From the NCBI GenBank assembly GCA_038046605.1, contig JBBSVW010000100.1, positions 1 to 16,244 on the forward strand: a stretch of DNA of 16,244 nucleotides, given 5' to 3'. Position 1 is the stretch's first letter, and every line of letters begins with the position of its first letter. This DNA is from Candidatus Micrarchaeota archaeon. Its GTDB lineage: Archaea; Micrarchaeota; Micrarchaeia; Norongarragalinales; SBBD01. Positions 1 to 8,162 of the stretch are shown here, in pieces. Under the pieces are notes generated by a model that ran no database searches, was not told the origin of the DNA, and saw only the letters and a list, made by a program, of their open reading frames with translations. The position numbers were made by a program, and so were the translations under genes.

Positions 1-196
1 CCAAAGGAATGGCGGCATGCAGCTTGGCAACGCCCATAGCCAGGCCTTTCTGATGGATAAGGTAGATATTTTTCTTGGTAAGGACAAGAAACCCTAACTG
101 AAGCTTCTCCTTCCCATCAACGAACTCAAAGAAATTACCGTTTGATGCGAGTATGACTTGTTCCGATGGGGGAATTAGGTCTTTCCATTTGGTCAT
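1..196 (-). CDS. Partial CDS running off the window edge, probable PH-like (bPH/GRAM) domain protein
   Basis: Not in the ORF track. Manual translation from ATG at 196 gives MTKWKDLIPPSEQVILASNGNFFEFVDGKEKLQLGFLVLTKKNIYLIHQKGLAMGVAKLHAAIPL with no stop. The G-x-LVLT-xx-IYL...IPL pattern is typical of PH-like folds. Confidence 0.6.
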   Translation of the reverse strand, partial: MTKWKDLIPPSEQVILASNGNFFEFVDGKEKLQLGFLVLTKKNIYLIHQKGLAMGVAKLHAAIPL

Positions 197-277
197 GAAA
201 CCGCCGTTAATTACTTCTCTCGCCGGATTTTTACAGGTATGCTTCACCGTTGTTGCTCAGCCAAGGCCAATACTTGG

Positions 278-317
278 ATGCCTCACGTGCCGCATCCCCC
301 TTTCAGCGATAGCCGAC
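278..317. repeat. 40-bp direct repeat, copy 1 (contains the ATGCnnCACGTGnnGCAT palindrome)
   Basis: ATGCCTCACGTGCCGCATCCCCCTTTCAGCGATAGCCGAC is identical to 899-938. Confidence 0.95.
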
Positions 318-410
318 GCAGCATATAGACTAATTCCAAATATGGCGTCGCGCTGGGAAAAAAATTAGTCCGTTCCTTCGTTTTTCTTGAATAATGCATT
401 ACCTAATGCA

Positions 411-749
411 TCATTGTTTTTCAGTTTTGACAAAGCCCGCCTGCAAAGCTGCATTATAAATTGAGAGCAATTCTTCCTTTCCCCTCGCCGATACTGCTTT
501 GAAGGCAACCAAAGCACCGGGAGTGCTAAAATTCGCCGTATCCAGATGTTTGATGTGGCTCTCCAACCCATTCCTGCGAAAGTAATCGTCCATTTTCATA
601 AATAACCGGGCATGCCTCTGAATCGTTTCAGAATGGTCTTCAACCGTGGTATTAAAGATTAATTTTCCATCGGCATAATGAGTCTTAACCGGCCCTCCGT
701 GCTCGGTTACGAAATCTCTCATTTCCCTGATCAATTTCTCCATATGCAA
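411..749 (-). CDS. Hypothetical protein (about 110 aa; likely start ATG 743)
   Basis: Clean ORF with protein-like composition, AT-rich TATA-like sequence just upstream, no recognised family. Confidence 0.6.
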   Translation of the reverse strand: MHMEKLIREMRDFVTEHGGPVKTHYADGKLIFNTTVEDHSETIQRHARLFMKMDDYFRRNGLESHIKHLDTANFSTPGALVAFKAVSARGKEELLSIYNAALQAGFVKTEKQ

Positions 750-898
750 AATTAGAGTTCAGGCATTTATTAAATCTACCCAAAATCGAATTCTTTAGGC
801 GCTAGGATCTAATCAGTTTGTGCATTACCCTCTGCGTTGCATAGAGTTAGAGCACGATTTTTTAATTTTTTTCTTTCCTATACAAATCCGATTTATCT

Positions 899-938
899 AT
901 GCCTCACGTGCCGCATCCCCCTTTCAGCGATAGCCGAC
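899..938. repeat. 40-bp direct repeat, copy 2
   Basis: Identical to 278-317. Confidence 0.95.
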
Positions 939-1104
939 ACAAAATATTAAAAAAACACCAATTTCAAGACTTTGGATGTTGGGGGTAACCCGGAAGGAAA
1001 AAATCAGGTTTCAATCATTATCCGTTGCATAATTCCCATTCGCAAAATATGCGCCATACGGGGCATGGTGGCCATGGCTTCAAACCAGCCCATTCGCATT
1101 TCCA

Positions 1105-1686
1105 TTAAAGTTTTTTATAATAAAAATGCCTTCGCATCCCATTTTGGAATTTGCCCTCGTAATCAAGCTTTACCCAGCCATCCCTCGTGAATTGCCTAAC
1201 CATTTTCGAATTCCTCGCATCAGGGGAAGTTTGGGCTATCACAATCTTGGCACCCATGGATTTCCTGGCAAAATCCAGGCATCTTGCAGTTAGTGCTGTC
1301 GATATGCCGCCCCTTTGGAACCTATGGTGAACGCCTAGGGATCCGAAATACGCCAAATCATGAAGGTCGATCCCTTTTTTTTGAAGTTCCAAGGCAGCTT
1401 TTGCCACAGGTTCGCTCCCCCATTCTACCTCATTTTCAGCCGGTATCACTGCGGCAGCGCCAAGCATCTGCCCCCTTTTTGTCACTGCGCCAAAGGCAGC
1501 CATTTTTCTGCCTTCCCTCGTGAATTTTTTCCTTTCCCGGATAAGCTCAAGGAAAAACGCCCTGTCGCTTTTTTGCGCCGGCCTTTTGCCCTCGCCCCAA
1601 TCCATTGCCCTGGCAAGGGAAACAACATCCGCCGCACTTTTTGCCTCCCTTTCGTTTTTAAGCATCCTGATTGTTGTTGTTGCCAT
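1105..1686 (-). CDS. GNAT family N-acetyltransferase
   Basis: Acetyl-CoA binding motif A, LGVHHRFQRGGISTAL, followed by the 'N...F.R.GW' C-terminal motif. TATA-like TATATAT at about 1712-1720 suggests a leaderless transcript. Confidence 0.85.
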   Translation of the reverse strand: MATTTIRMLKNEREAKSAADVVSLARAMDWGEGKRPAQKSDRAFFLELIRERKKFTREGRKMAAFGAVTKRGQMLGAAAVIPAENEVEWGSEPVAKAALELQKKGIDLHDLAYFGSLGVHHRFQRGGISTALTARCLDFARKSMGAKIVIAQTSPDARNSKMVRQFTRDGWVKLDYEGKFQNGMRRHFYYKKL

Positions 1687-1785
1687 ACGCCAGAAATGAC
1701 CCCTGCTTTCAAATATATATCCATAACTTCTTTTTCATGCTGTCGGTCTGGTCGAATTCCAGGGTTCCCTGGACGGTGTATTCCA

Positions 1786-1965
1786 TTAGTATTTCATTCC
1801 CCGCTTGATTGCGTTGTCAAGTTTTTCATTGGTGAAAATCCAGACGATTTTTCCGTCCACGTACGTGATTTTGTCGGATTTTTCAAGGTAGCCCAGGATT
1901 ACCTTTAGGGTTTGGTACATGACGCGCCCCTCTAGCGCCCGATGCAGCGCTTTCCTTGCGAGAGC
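1786..1965 (-). pseudogene. 5'-truncated paralogue of the wHTH/antitoxin-like gene at 15199-15468
   Basis: LHRALEGRVMYQTLKVILGYLEKSDKI...IVWIF aligns with LKRRLPKKVMHSTLLQILDYLQESGKI...LLWIY. The N-terminal HSPTLNTVLMVE segment is absent and replaced by unrelated repeat-containing sequence. Confidence 0.7.
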
Positions 1966-1985
1966 TTGCTGCTTCCCCTTCCCAC

Positions 1986-2018
1986 GCTCTTGGGCGTTCC
2001 ATCCCAAGCCTTTTCCCT
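1986..2018. repeat. 33-bp imperfect direct repeat, copy 1
   Basis: GCTCTTGGGCGTTCCATCCCAAGCCTTTTCCCT matches 2407-2439 at 30 of 33 positions. Confidence 0.9.
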
Positions 2019-2097
2019 GCAGGGTCATGCCTTGAGGTTCTTTCGAATTTCGATGGATTAATAAGTTTGAGTCTGGTAATTTTCATGGGGTTTTAAT

Positions 2098-2307
2098 ATG
2101 CGTTTTAAGGTCTTGTTAGAAAAAGATGAAGACGGTTTCGTAGTAGCTACAGTGCCATCCCTGCCGGGGTGCGTGTCCCAAGGCAAGTCAGAAGCGGATG
2201 CCCTTCGCAACATCCGGGAAGCCATTTCGCTGCACGTTTCCCAACCATGCGGTCATTGCGCGGGGGACGTTGAAGGCCATAATGAAATCGGCAAGCCTGG
2301 CCCGTGA
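2098..2307 (+). pseudogene. hicB: HicB-family antitoxin with an aberrant C-terminus (hicB-hicA deletion fusion)
   Basis: MRFKVLLEKDEDGFVVATVPSLPGCVSQGKSEADALRNIREAISLH is a classic HicB N-domain. The tail after about 2236 is out-of-frame hicA sequence. Confidence 0.85.
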
Positions 2308-2323
2308 AGACCTTTTGCGCTAG
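2237..2323 (+). pseudogene. hicA: HicA toxin C-terminal remnant
   Basis: An alternate frame reads FPNHAVIARGTLKAIMKSASLAREDLLR*, matching the HicA consensus VP.H....GTL..I.K.AGL..E.F. It has no start codon or N-terminal half. Confidence 0.75.
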
Positions 2324-2406
2324 CACCCTGCCTCTTCGGTATTTACCCTGCTCTCCCAGTGGGTTTTCCCCTTCCCTAGCATGAGCTCACTGATTCTCCT
2401 TTTCAA

Positions 2407-2439
2407 GCTCTTGGGCGTTCCATCTTAAGCCCTTTCCCT
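2407..2439. repeat. 33-bp imperfect direct repeat, copy 2
   Basis: GCTCTTGGGCGTTCCATCTTAAGCCCTTTCCCT matches 1986-2018 at 30 of 33 positions. Confidence 0.9.
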
Positions 2440-2630
2440 CGCATGCGCTCGGGCCGCTGCGTCGTTCGCCCTCGCAGAATATCCAAATGCAGCGATTCAC
2501 ATTACTCCCAGTCGCAAGATCCATTAGTTCACCCGAACCCACCAACCCCTATAGGGAAAGTATCCCCTACTCGGGTTGCCTCTACCCCTCTTTTTACTTC
2601 TGCGAATCAATCCACCGGAAGCCACCCCTC

Positions 2631-2644
2631 AAAGTATATATAAA
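2631..2644 (+). promoter_or_regulatory. Putative BRE/TATA promoter for radA
   Basis: AAAG-TATATATAAA has the same form as AAAG-TATATAAA upstream of the pilin. It could also fire on the minus strand. Confidence 0.5.
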
Positions 2645-2799
2645 CCTGCCTCGACCACTGTATTCCATCTGAAAAAAAAGGTTTGGCGTTTTGATTTGGG
2701 GCGAAAGTCCCAAGCATGGATGGGGGCAATTTGCTTCCAACCATTCCTAAAAACGCATTTTGCCGAAAATGTTTCCGTAGGGAAGCTTGTGGCGCATAG

Positions 2800-3822
2800 G
2801 TGATGGAAATGAGGGAAGAACTGGAAGTAACAGCGCAGCTGCAGCAGGATCCGGAGCCGAAAGGAAAAAGGAAGGAAAAGAAAATCACCTCAATTGAGGA
2901 TATTCCGGGTGTTGGGGGTACAATTGCCGCAAAACTTCGGGATGCGGGATACGATTCACTAATGGCACTAGCCGTTTCCATGCCCGTTGAGCTTGCGGAA
3001 GTCGCCGGGATCGGAGAAGGCACCGCAATCAAGGCAATCAATGCGGCGCGCGATGCCATGGACATGGGCTTTGAAACCGGCGACAAGGTTCTTGAGAGGC
3101 GAAAATTCATTGGCCGAATCACCACAGGTTCCAAGGAACTTGACAGCCTGATAGGCGGGGGCGTTGAAACGCAGGCAATTACTGAGGCGTTTGGAAAATT
3201 CGGCAGCGGCAAATCGCAATTGGCATTCCAGCTTTCCGTAAACGCGCAGCTTCCAGTTGATCAGGGCGGATTAGGCGGCGCAGTCCTATTCATAGATTCG
3301 GAAAACACCTTCCGGCCCGAGAGGATCGCCCAAATTGCGGTCTCAAGAGGGCTTGATCCGGATGTAATCCTAAAAAACATCCACGTGGCGCGCTCGCAAA
3401 ATTCCGACCACCAGATGCTCCTCGTGGATAAGGCAGGAGACCTCATCAAGGAGAAGAATATCAAGATCGTGATCGTGGATTCCCTCACCTCATCTTTCAG
3501 GAGCGATTACATCGGCAGGGGCATGCTTGCGGATAGGCAGCAAAAGCTCAATAAGCATCTGCACACGCTCCAAAAGCTTGCGGACATCTACAACCTCGCC
3601 ATCTATGTGACAAACCAGGTGATGGATAGGCCCGACGTATTATTCGGCGACCCCACTGTGCCAATTGGCGGAAATGTCCTTGCCCACCAGAGCACCTACC
3701 GGCTGTATTTCAGGAGGAGCAAGGAGGACAGAAGGGTTGCAAAAATCGTCGATTCCCCCAACATGCCGGATGGTGAATGTGTTTTTCGCGTGTCTGAGAT
3801 CGGTATATCGGATTGCGAATAG
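2800..3822 (+). CDS. radA: DNA repair and recombination protein RadA (real start probably ATG 2803 or 2809)
   Basis: N-terminal HhH (IEDIPGVG), polymerisation motif GFETG, Walker A GKFGSGKS, Walker B IVIVDS, and [28 protein letters not shown] motifs. AGGTGA RBS at 2798-2803. Confidence 0.98.
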   Translation: MMEMREELEVTAQLQQDPEPKGKRKEKKITSIEDIPGVGGTIAAKLRDAGYDSLMALAVSMPVELAEVAGIGEGTAIKAINAARDAMDMGFETGDKVLERRKFIGRITTGSKELDSLIGGGVETQAITEAFGKFGSGKSQLAFQLSVNAQLPVDQGGLGGAVLFIDSENTFRPERIAQIAVSRGLDPDVILKNIHVARSQNSDHQMLLVDKAGDLIKEKNIKIVIVDSLTSSFRSDYIGRGMLADRQQKLNKHLHTLQKLADIYNLAIYVTNQVMDRPDVLFGDPTVPIGGNVLAHQSTYRLYFRRSKEDRRVAKIVDSPNMPDGECVFRVSEIGISDCE

Positions 3823-3845
3823 GCGCAAATTGTGTCTTTAGCTAC

Positions 3846-3870
3846 TTTATTTTTTTTATTTTTTCCTTTT
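3846..3870 (+). terminator. T-rich putative archaeal terminator after radA
   Basis: TTTATTTTTTTTATTTTTTCCTTTT lies 24 nt after the stop codon. Confidence 0.55.
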
Positions 3871-3911
3871 GAATTTTCTAATTATGGCCGTGGGGGGAGC
3901 AGGTGGTTTGA

Positions 3912-4295
3912 ATGGAAAACGAAGAGGAACTGGAATTTGGAAGCCCCAAGGGGGAAAATGAGGGGAAGGCGGATACCGCAATTGAAACTGCCTCTCCAAA
4001 AAGACGGCCCAAACGCAGTTTGCGGCTAAGTTTTGCCTACTCCCAAAGCGCCGTGGATGTAGGCTTATGGGAGAGCATCGTCAGCAAGAACGGCAAGCTC
4101 ATGCCCTCCAGCATCTCTCTGCGCTTGCAGGACTCAAATCCGCAGGTCACGCGCAACGCCGTCTATTTCAAGGCTGCGGATGCGCTTAAGATCGCAAGCA
4201 TACTCCAGAATTTCGCCTTTTCCGCGATGGAGGAGGATTCCGGAAAGCGCATGGAGTTTGCAAGGGAAAAGAAGGCTGTGGCGGCGGAGGCATAG
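3912..4295 (+). CDS. Hypothetical protein, possibly PC4/Whirly-like ssDNA-binding fold
   Basis: AGGTGG RBS. Pattern RPKRSLRL-VDVGLW-SISLRL-VYFKAADALKIASIL suggests four strands plus a helix. The fold call is an inference. Confidence 0.65.
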   Translation: MENEEELEFGSPKGENEGKADTAIETASPKRRPKRSLRLSFAYSQSAVDVGLWESIVSKNGKLMPSSISLRLQDSNPQVTRNAVYFKAADALKIASILQNFAFSAMEEDSGKRMEFAREKKAVAAEA

Positions 4296-4308
4296 ATTGG
4301 TGGCGCAT

Positions 4309-4590
4309 ATGACGATTGAGGACGACGACGCGCTACTTGCGGAAGTCAAAAAAATAATTCAGGAAAAAATAGGGGAAAAAGAATATTGCATATTCCTGGC
4401 AGTTGAGGTGGGTGAGAAAGGCTCTGGTGACTGTTTTCTTAGTACTTTCACTTCCCTTTCGAAAGTTTCTCCTATGGGAAGCTGGAAAGGGATACTATAC
4501 TCCGTTAACCGCATGTATGCCGGGCTTTCTGACAATTACTTGAATTTTTCTTCTCTCCAAACGCGGCCTCCTTTCGAACCAAAACAATAA
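4309..4590 (+). CDS. Hypothetical protein (93 aa)
   Basis: ATG at 4309 with a GGTGG RBS, 13 nt after the previous stop. The longer ORF-track start overlaps the upstream gene. Confidence 0.6.
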   Translation: MTIEDDDALLAEVKKIIQEKIGEKEYCIFLAVEVGEKGSGDCFLSTFTSLSKVSPMGSWKGILYSVNRMYAGLSDNYLNFSSLQTRPPFEPKQ

Positions 4591-4607
4591 TAAATTCAGA
4601 TGGGGTA

Positions 4608-4763
4608 ATGTTCACGATAGATATGAAAAAAGGCAAAGGCTTGTCATGGGATGACCTCTTCAGGGTGGCAAGATCAAAGGATAATCTGAATTATTTTGGC
4701 ATTACGGGCCCAAAAGGCACTTCGCTGCATCTCCTAAAGCCCGCGAGACCTCGGCAGCTGTAG
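4608..4763 (+). CDS. Possible small hypothetical protein (51 aa)
   Basis: MFTIDMKKGKGLSWDDLFRVARSKDNLNYFGITGPKGTSLHLLKPARPRQL* fills the intergenic gap co-directionally. It is below the ORF-track cutoff. Confidence 0.35.
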   Translation: MFTIDMKKGKGLSWDDLFRVARSKDNLNYFGITGPKGTSLHLLKPARPRQL

Positions 4764-4839
4764 CTTCATTAGGCAAATTTCAGAGTGCCGCCTAAAATGT
4801 GATGGAAAGCCATTTTAAGCGCAAGCAAATTATATTTCA

Positions 4840-6885
4840 ATGCGTGGAAGTGCATCCCTCATCGCCGTTTTTTTCCTTTTATTGGTAGCTTTACCTTCGC
4901 TTGTGCGCGCTGCAAATGACGCCTTAGGCCTCCAGCAAACCGCCGTCATAGTCTTGAATTTTGCAGACAGCAATTATTCTTTCAACCTAACCAGCATGCC
5001 CGCCGGCGCCGCAAGCATGGACCGCTGGTACCGGGAAAATTCATTCAATAAGGCATATTTCAATTTCACATATTATGGGCCATATAAGTTGAATATTTCT
5101 GCAACCTGCACGGGCTCCTCGATCCGGCTGCCCGGCATTGCCGCTGCGGATAAGGATGTTTATTTCCCCCATTTTTCAAGAGTAATCATGATCGTACCGC
5201 CCGTCATAGGATGCCCCTGGGTCGGGCTATCTACTGGCGGTAAGGCGACCTATGCTACCGCAGATGGATCCGCCAGCTTTTCAATTAGCATTCTCCGCTC
5301 GTATGGCTTTTCTTATTCCATCGCGCTTCACGAGATGGGGCATGGTTTTGGGCTTGAGCACGCGAATAGCCTTTATTGCGGCGCACAAATAAATCCCGGA
5401 TCGGTGAACCTGAAAACATGCGATTTTACCGATGGCGGGGATAATTTTGATGGAATGGCATCAAACCTGGTGACTTACCATTTCAGTGCCTTCAACAAGA
5501 TCCAGCTGGGGTGGCTTGAGCCAAAAAATTATAGGATTGCTTCTGAAGGTACCTTCGATCTCGAGCCGCTTGAATTAGCCTCTGATAATTTGCAGGCGTT
5601 GATTGTGCCTTACGGCAATGTATCCTGCACAACTGGTGGCAATAAGGCATGCTACTATGTGGAATACCGCCGGCGCATCGGATATGACAATAAGGTCGGC
5701 GGGCCAGAGGGCCTTCTGATAAGGTTTGCGCCCCAGGATTTCCAGCAAACATATGGGAAGACTTACTTGATTGATGTGAATTATTCGACGGCTCACAATC
5801 GTGATGCGATGCTAAAGCCGAATGATAAATATGTCGATACAGTAAATGGGATAGAAATAATTGCTGGTGTGCAGACCGTCTCAAAGGCTAGCGTTACGGT
5901 GAGAAAAATAGGCGCTCCCACTCCTTCCCCATCGCCCAGCCCTTATCCCTCCCCCTCGCCTGTTGCCTCGCCATCGCCCTCCCCAATACCGTCCGCTTCT
6001 CCCTCCCCAACCGCATCACCCACCCCTCTTCCTGCAACCGGATCCATATATGCAAGGAGCAATCCCTCAACAGCATCTGTATTCCTTGATTTCATTAGCC
6101 GGGGCTTAACCCCGATTATTCTATCCAATCTATCTATTGGTTCGCATCCACTTGAATTCCGCAAAACAGGATACCAGAATTATCAAATCATTGTTGATGT
6201 GCAGGGCGGGAAGACAATTAATGTGACCGCGAATTTGACGGCAATTCCTTCCCCATCGCCAAGCGTTTCCGCCTCACCAAGCGCATCAATAGTGCCATCC
6301 CCATCCATTTCAGCCTCACCATCCGTCAATCCAAATGCCACTATTTCCCCCTCGCCGTCGATAAATCCAAACGCAACAATAAGCCCATCCCCTTCAATCA
6401 ATCCAAATGCGACTTTCACGCCTACACCGGTTCCAACAAGCCCCCCAAGTGGCGGAGGGGGATCCGGTTCTGGCGCTGGTCCAGGCCCAAGGGGGAGCCC
6501 AACGCCATCGAAGGCAGCAAGCGCATCACCAACCATTTCGCCCTCGAAAAATTCGGGAAACCTAGGCGAATATATTCAAATAAAAAAAGAAGTCGATGAC
6601 CTGATATTGCAGCTTCCGGAGAGTGGGGGGGAAGTTAGGGATGCACTCAAGCTAACCGAAGTCGCAAGGGATTTGGAAAAAGCCGGAAGAAGGCAGGAGG
6701 CAATTATACTGATGGGCAAGGCGAGGGAAATAATGCTTAATGCGCTTGCGGAATCGCGCACAACAAAAACAGCTTTCTCATGGGCATTTGCAATCATCCT
6801 GATTTTGGCGATAATTTCTATTGCAATCTACCACATATTGCAGATGCGAAAGCATGAGAAGAAATTGGATTACGGGCTAAAATAG
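4840..6885 (+). CDS. Secreted, membrane-anchored zinc metalloprotease (M11 gametolysin/M6-like) with PEGA domain and Ser/Pro-rich linkers
   Basis: N-terminal signal peptide, HEMGHGFGLEH metzincin motif, DGM Met-turn, and WL...YYVEYR region. PEGA domain at about 6034-6237 (GSIYARSNPSTASVFLD...G.TP...GSHPLEFRKTGY). C-terminal TM helix with a basic tail. Confidence 0.88.
   Translation: MRGSASLIAVFFLLLVALPSLVRAANDALGLQQTAVIVLNFADSNYSFNLTSMPAGAASMDRWYRENSFNKAYFNFTYYGPYKLNISATCTGSSIRLPGIAAADKDVYFPHFSRVIMIVPPVIGCPWVGLSTGGKATYATADGSASFSISILRSYGFSYSIALHEMGHGFGLEHANSLYCGAQINPGSVNLKTCDFTDGGDNFDGMASNLVTYHFSAFNKIQLGWLEPKNYRIASEGTFDLEPLELASDNLQALIVPYGNVSCTTGGNKACYYVEYRRRIGYDNKVGGPEGLLIRFAPQDFQQTYGKTYLIDVNYSTAHNRDAMLKPNDKYVDTVNGIEIIAGVQTVSKASVTVRKIGAPTPSPSPSPYPSPSPVASPSPSPIPSASPSPTASPTPLPATGSIYARSNPSTASVFLDFISRGLTPIILSNLSIGSHPLEFRKTGYQNYQIIVDVQGGKTINVTANLTAIPSPSPSVSASPSASIVPSPSISASPSVNPNATISPSPSINPNATISPSPSINPNATFTPTPVPTSPPSGGGGSGSGAGPGPRGSPTPSKAASASPTISPSKNSGNLGEYIQIKKEVDDLILQLPESGGEVRDALKLTEVARDLEKAGRRQEAIILMGKAREIMLNALAESRTTKTAFSWAFAIILILAIISIAIYHILQMRKHEKKLDYGLK
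6310..6420 (+). repeat. Three 36-nt coding tandem repeats (SPSPSINPNATI-like)
   Basis: The translation repeats SPS(V/I)NPNAT three times with synonymous divergence. Confidence 0.85.
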
Positions 6886-6941
6886 TTCCTAATTGGTTTT
6901 AATTGCATGAATTTTCCGCTCCCAAATTCCTAACTCTTTTT

Positions 6942-7418
6942 TTACCATTTGTAAATTTTCCTAATCGCTTCCTCTAGCATCAGTTCCAGCAGCAGCGCCT
7001 CGTCCTCCGAAAGGCTGATTTGCATCGCGTTCACTTTCCCATCCTTTGTTTGCTGCGACAATTTGAAGAAATAGCCAAAATCGCCCTTTTGAACAACCAG
7101 CGCATTGTTCTTCGTATCCTCGGAGGAAGCATAATTGCCCTTTCCGGGGTCGTGGAAGAGATTCGCAAGCTTTGATCTGCCCTTTAGCACCAATAGGATT
7201 TTGCAAATGTCAACATCTGCCATTTTGAATGCGAGTTTGTTTGCCCAATCGAACTTTCTTTCCTCAAGCTGCTTTCCAATTTCGAAAAACACTGCCTGTT
7301 TTTCCGGCGCAAAATCAAACTGGCATGCACTTCCCTGCATTTGCTTGTTTGGCTTGTAGAATTTGAGGATGCTTTCGTAGTTTTTGCCCTCAATTTTTCC
7401 CGCCGTTTTTGTATCCAT
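6942..7418 (-). CDS. Whirly-like ssDNA-binding protein (158 aa)
   Basis: ATG at 7418 with a GGGTGG RBS. Motifs RKFDWANK, LFHDPGKG, GYFFKLS and terminal W are colinear with plant Whirly motifs as I recall them (RQYDWSRK, FFHDPNKG, GHFFNLS, LLGW). Confidence 0.75.
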   Translation of the reverse strand: MDTKTAGKIEGKNYESILKFYKPNKQMQGSACQFDFAPEKQAVFFEIGKQLEERKFDWANKLAFKMADVDICKILLVLKGRSKLANLFHDPGKGNYASSEDTKNNALVVQKGDFGYFFKLSQQTKDGKVNAMQISLSEDEALLLELMLEEAIRKIYKW

Positions 7419-7478
7419 GTCGCCCACCCTAAAAAAACAACGCATTCCGGATTATTATTTGCGACGTTTTTATTCATA

Positions 7479-8156
7479 TCATGCGAATTTCACAACCCCA
7501 ACTCTTTCGCATTCTGCATAAAGGACGCACGTGTTGCACAATGGCATTCTTGCCCTGCAAACTTTCCTTCCATGGGTGATAATTTCAGTATGCAGGGGAA
7601 TCTTCAATTCATCCGGAACCATTTCTTCCATCAAAATATGGGCGTTGGTGTAAGCGATCTTTTCCGACAAGAGGGGTAATCTCTTAAGCACCCTGAAAAT
7701 ATGCGTATCTATTGGAAATGCCGGCTTCTCAAAGGCGAATGCCACAATCACGGCTGCGCTTTTGGGGCCAATCCCCTTGAATTGCATCAAATAGTTGCGC
7801 GCGGCTTGGGGTTCCATGCTTCTCAAGCGGTTCAGGCTCAATTTCCCTTCCTTCCCCTTGATTTCCGAGAGCACCGTTTTGATTCTCTTCGCCTTAATGT
7901 TTGCAAGCCCCCCCGCCTTAATGAGTTTGGCAATTTGGGGTATTGGTGCATCCAGTAATTCATCCCATTTCCCAAACCTCCGTTTCAATATTTTGAATGC
8001 AGCAAATGAATTCTTATCATTGGTATTCTGCGACAAAATCACCGCAACCAGAGTATCGAGAGGCGATTTCTTCCACGGCTTGATTTTCCCATATTCCTTC
8101 AGGAGCAGCTTGTGGATGCGCCGGAGAATGTTTATTTTATTTGCAGAAGTCCCCAC
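7479..8156 (-). CDS. nth: Endonuclease III (HhH-GPD DNA glycosylase/AP lyase)
   Basis: ILSQNT, HhH motif FKGIGPKSA, catalytic IDTH, and 4Fe-4S motif CRARMPLCNTCVLYAEC. Confidence 0.95.
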   Translation of the reverse strand: MGTSANKINILRRIHKLLLKEYGKIKPWKKSPLDTLVAVILSQNTNDKNSFAAFKILKRRFGKWDELLDAPIPQIAKLIKAGGLANIKAKRIKTVLSEIKGKEGKLSLNRLRSMEPQAARNYLMQFKGIGPKSAAVIVAFAFEKPAFPIDTHIFRVLKRLPLLSEKIAYTNAHILMEEMVPDELKIPLHTEIITHGRKVCRARMPLCNTCVLYAECERVGVVKFA

Positions 8157-8162
8157 TTATAA

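Noticed and set aside
278-938. 40-bp repeats as a CRISPR array
   Set aside because: Only two copies, separated by 581 bp containing a gene; no cas genes or regular spacers.
1035-1098. 10-bp direct repeat CCCATTCGCA and ORF 972-1190
   Set aside because: The repeat is short enough to be chance, and the ORF overlaps the GNAT antisense with no protein-like features.
2531-2576. ACCCGA...TCGGGT stem with internal CCCTATAGGG palindrome as an ncRNA or tRNA
   Set aside because: No cloverleaf or recognisable RNA family motif; stems are short.
2607-3828. Antisense ORFs over radA, and similar shadow ORFs over the protease, nth, DHH, Fic and TA genes
   Set aside because: They are opposite-strand or alternate-frame shadows of well-supported genes.
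3827-3850. AAATTGTGTC-TTTA-GCTACTTTAT resembling a tail-to-head junction of the 38-bp element arms
   Set aside because: The match is partial, lies in AT-rich terminator sequence, and cannot be distinguished from chance by eye.
7523-7538. CACGTGTTGCA inside nth as another palindrome copy
   Set aside because: Only the right half matches, and it lies in codons for the conserved Cys cluster.
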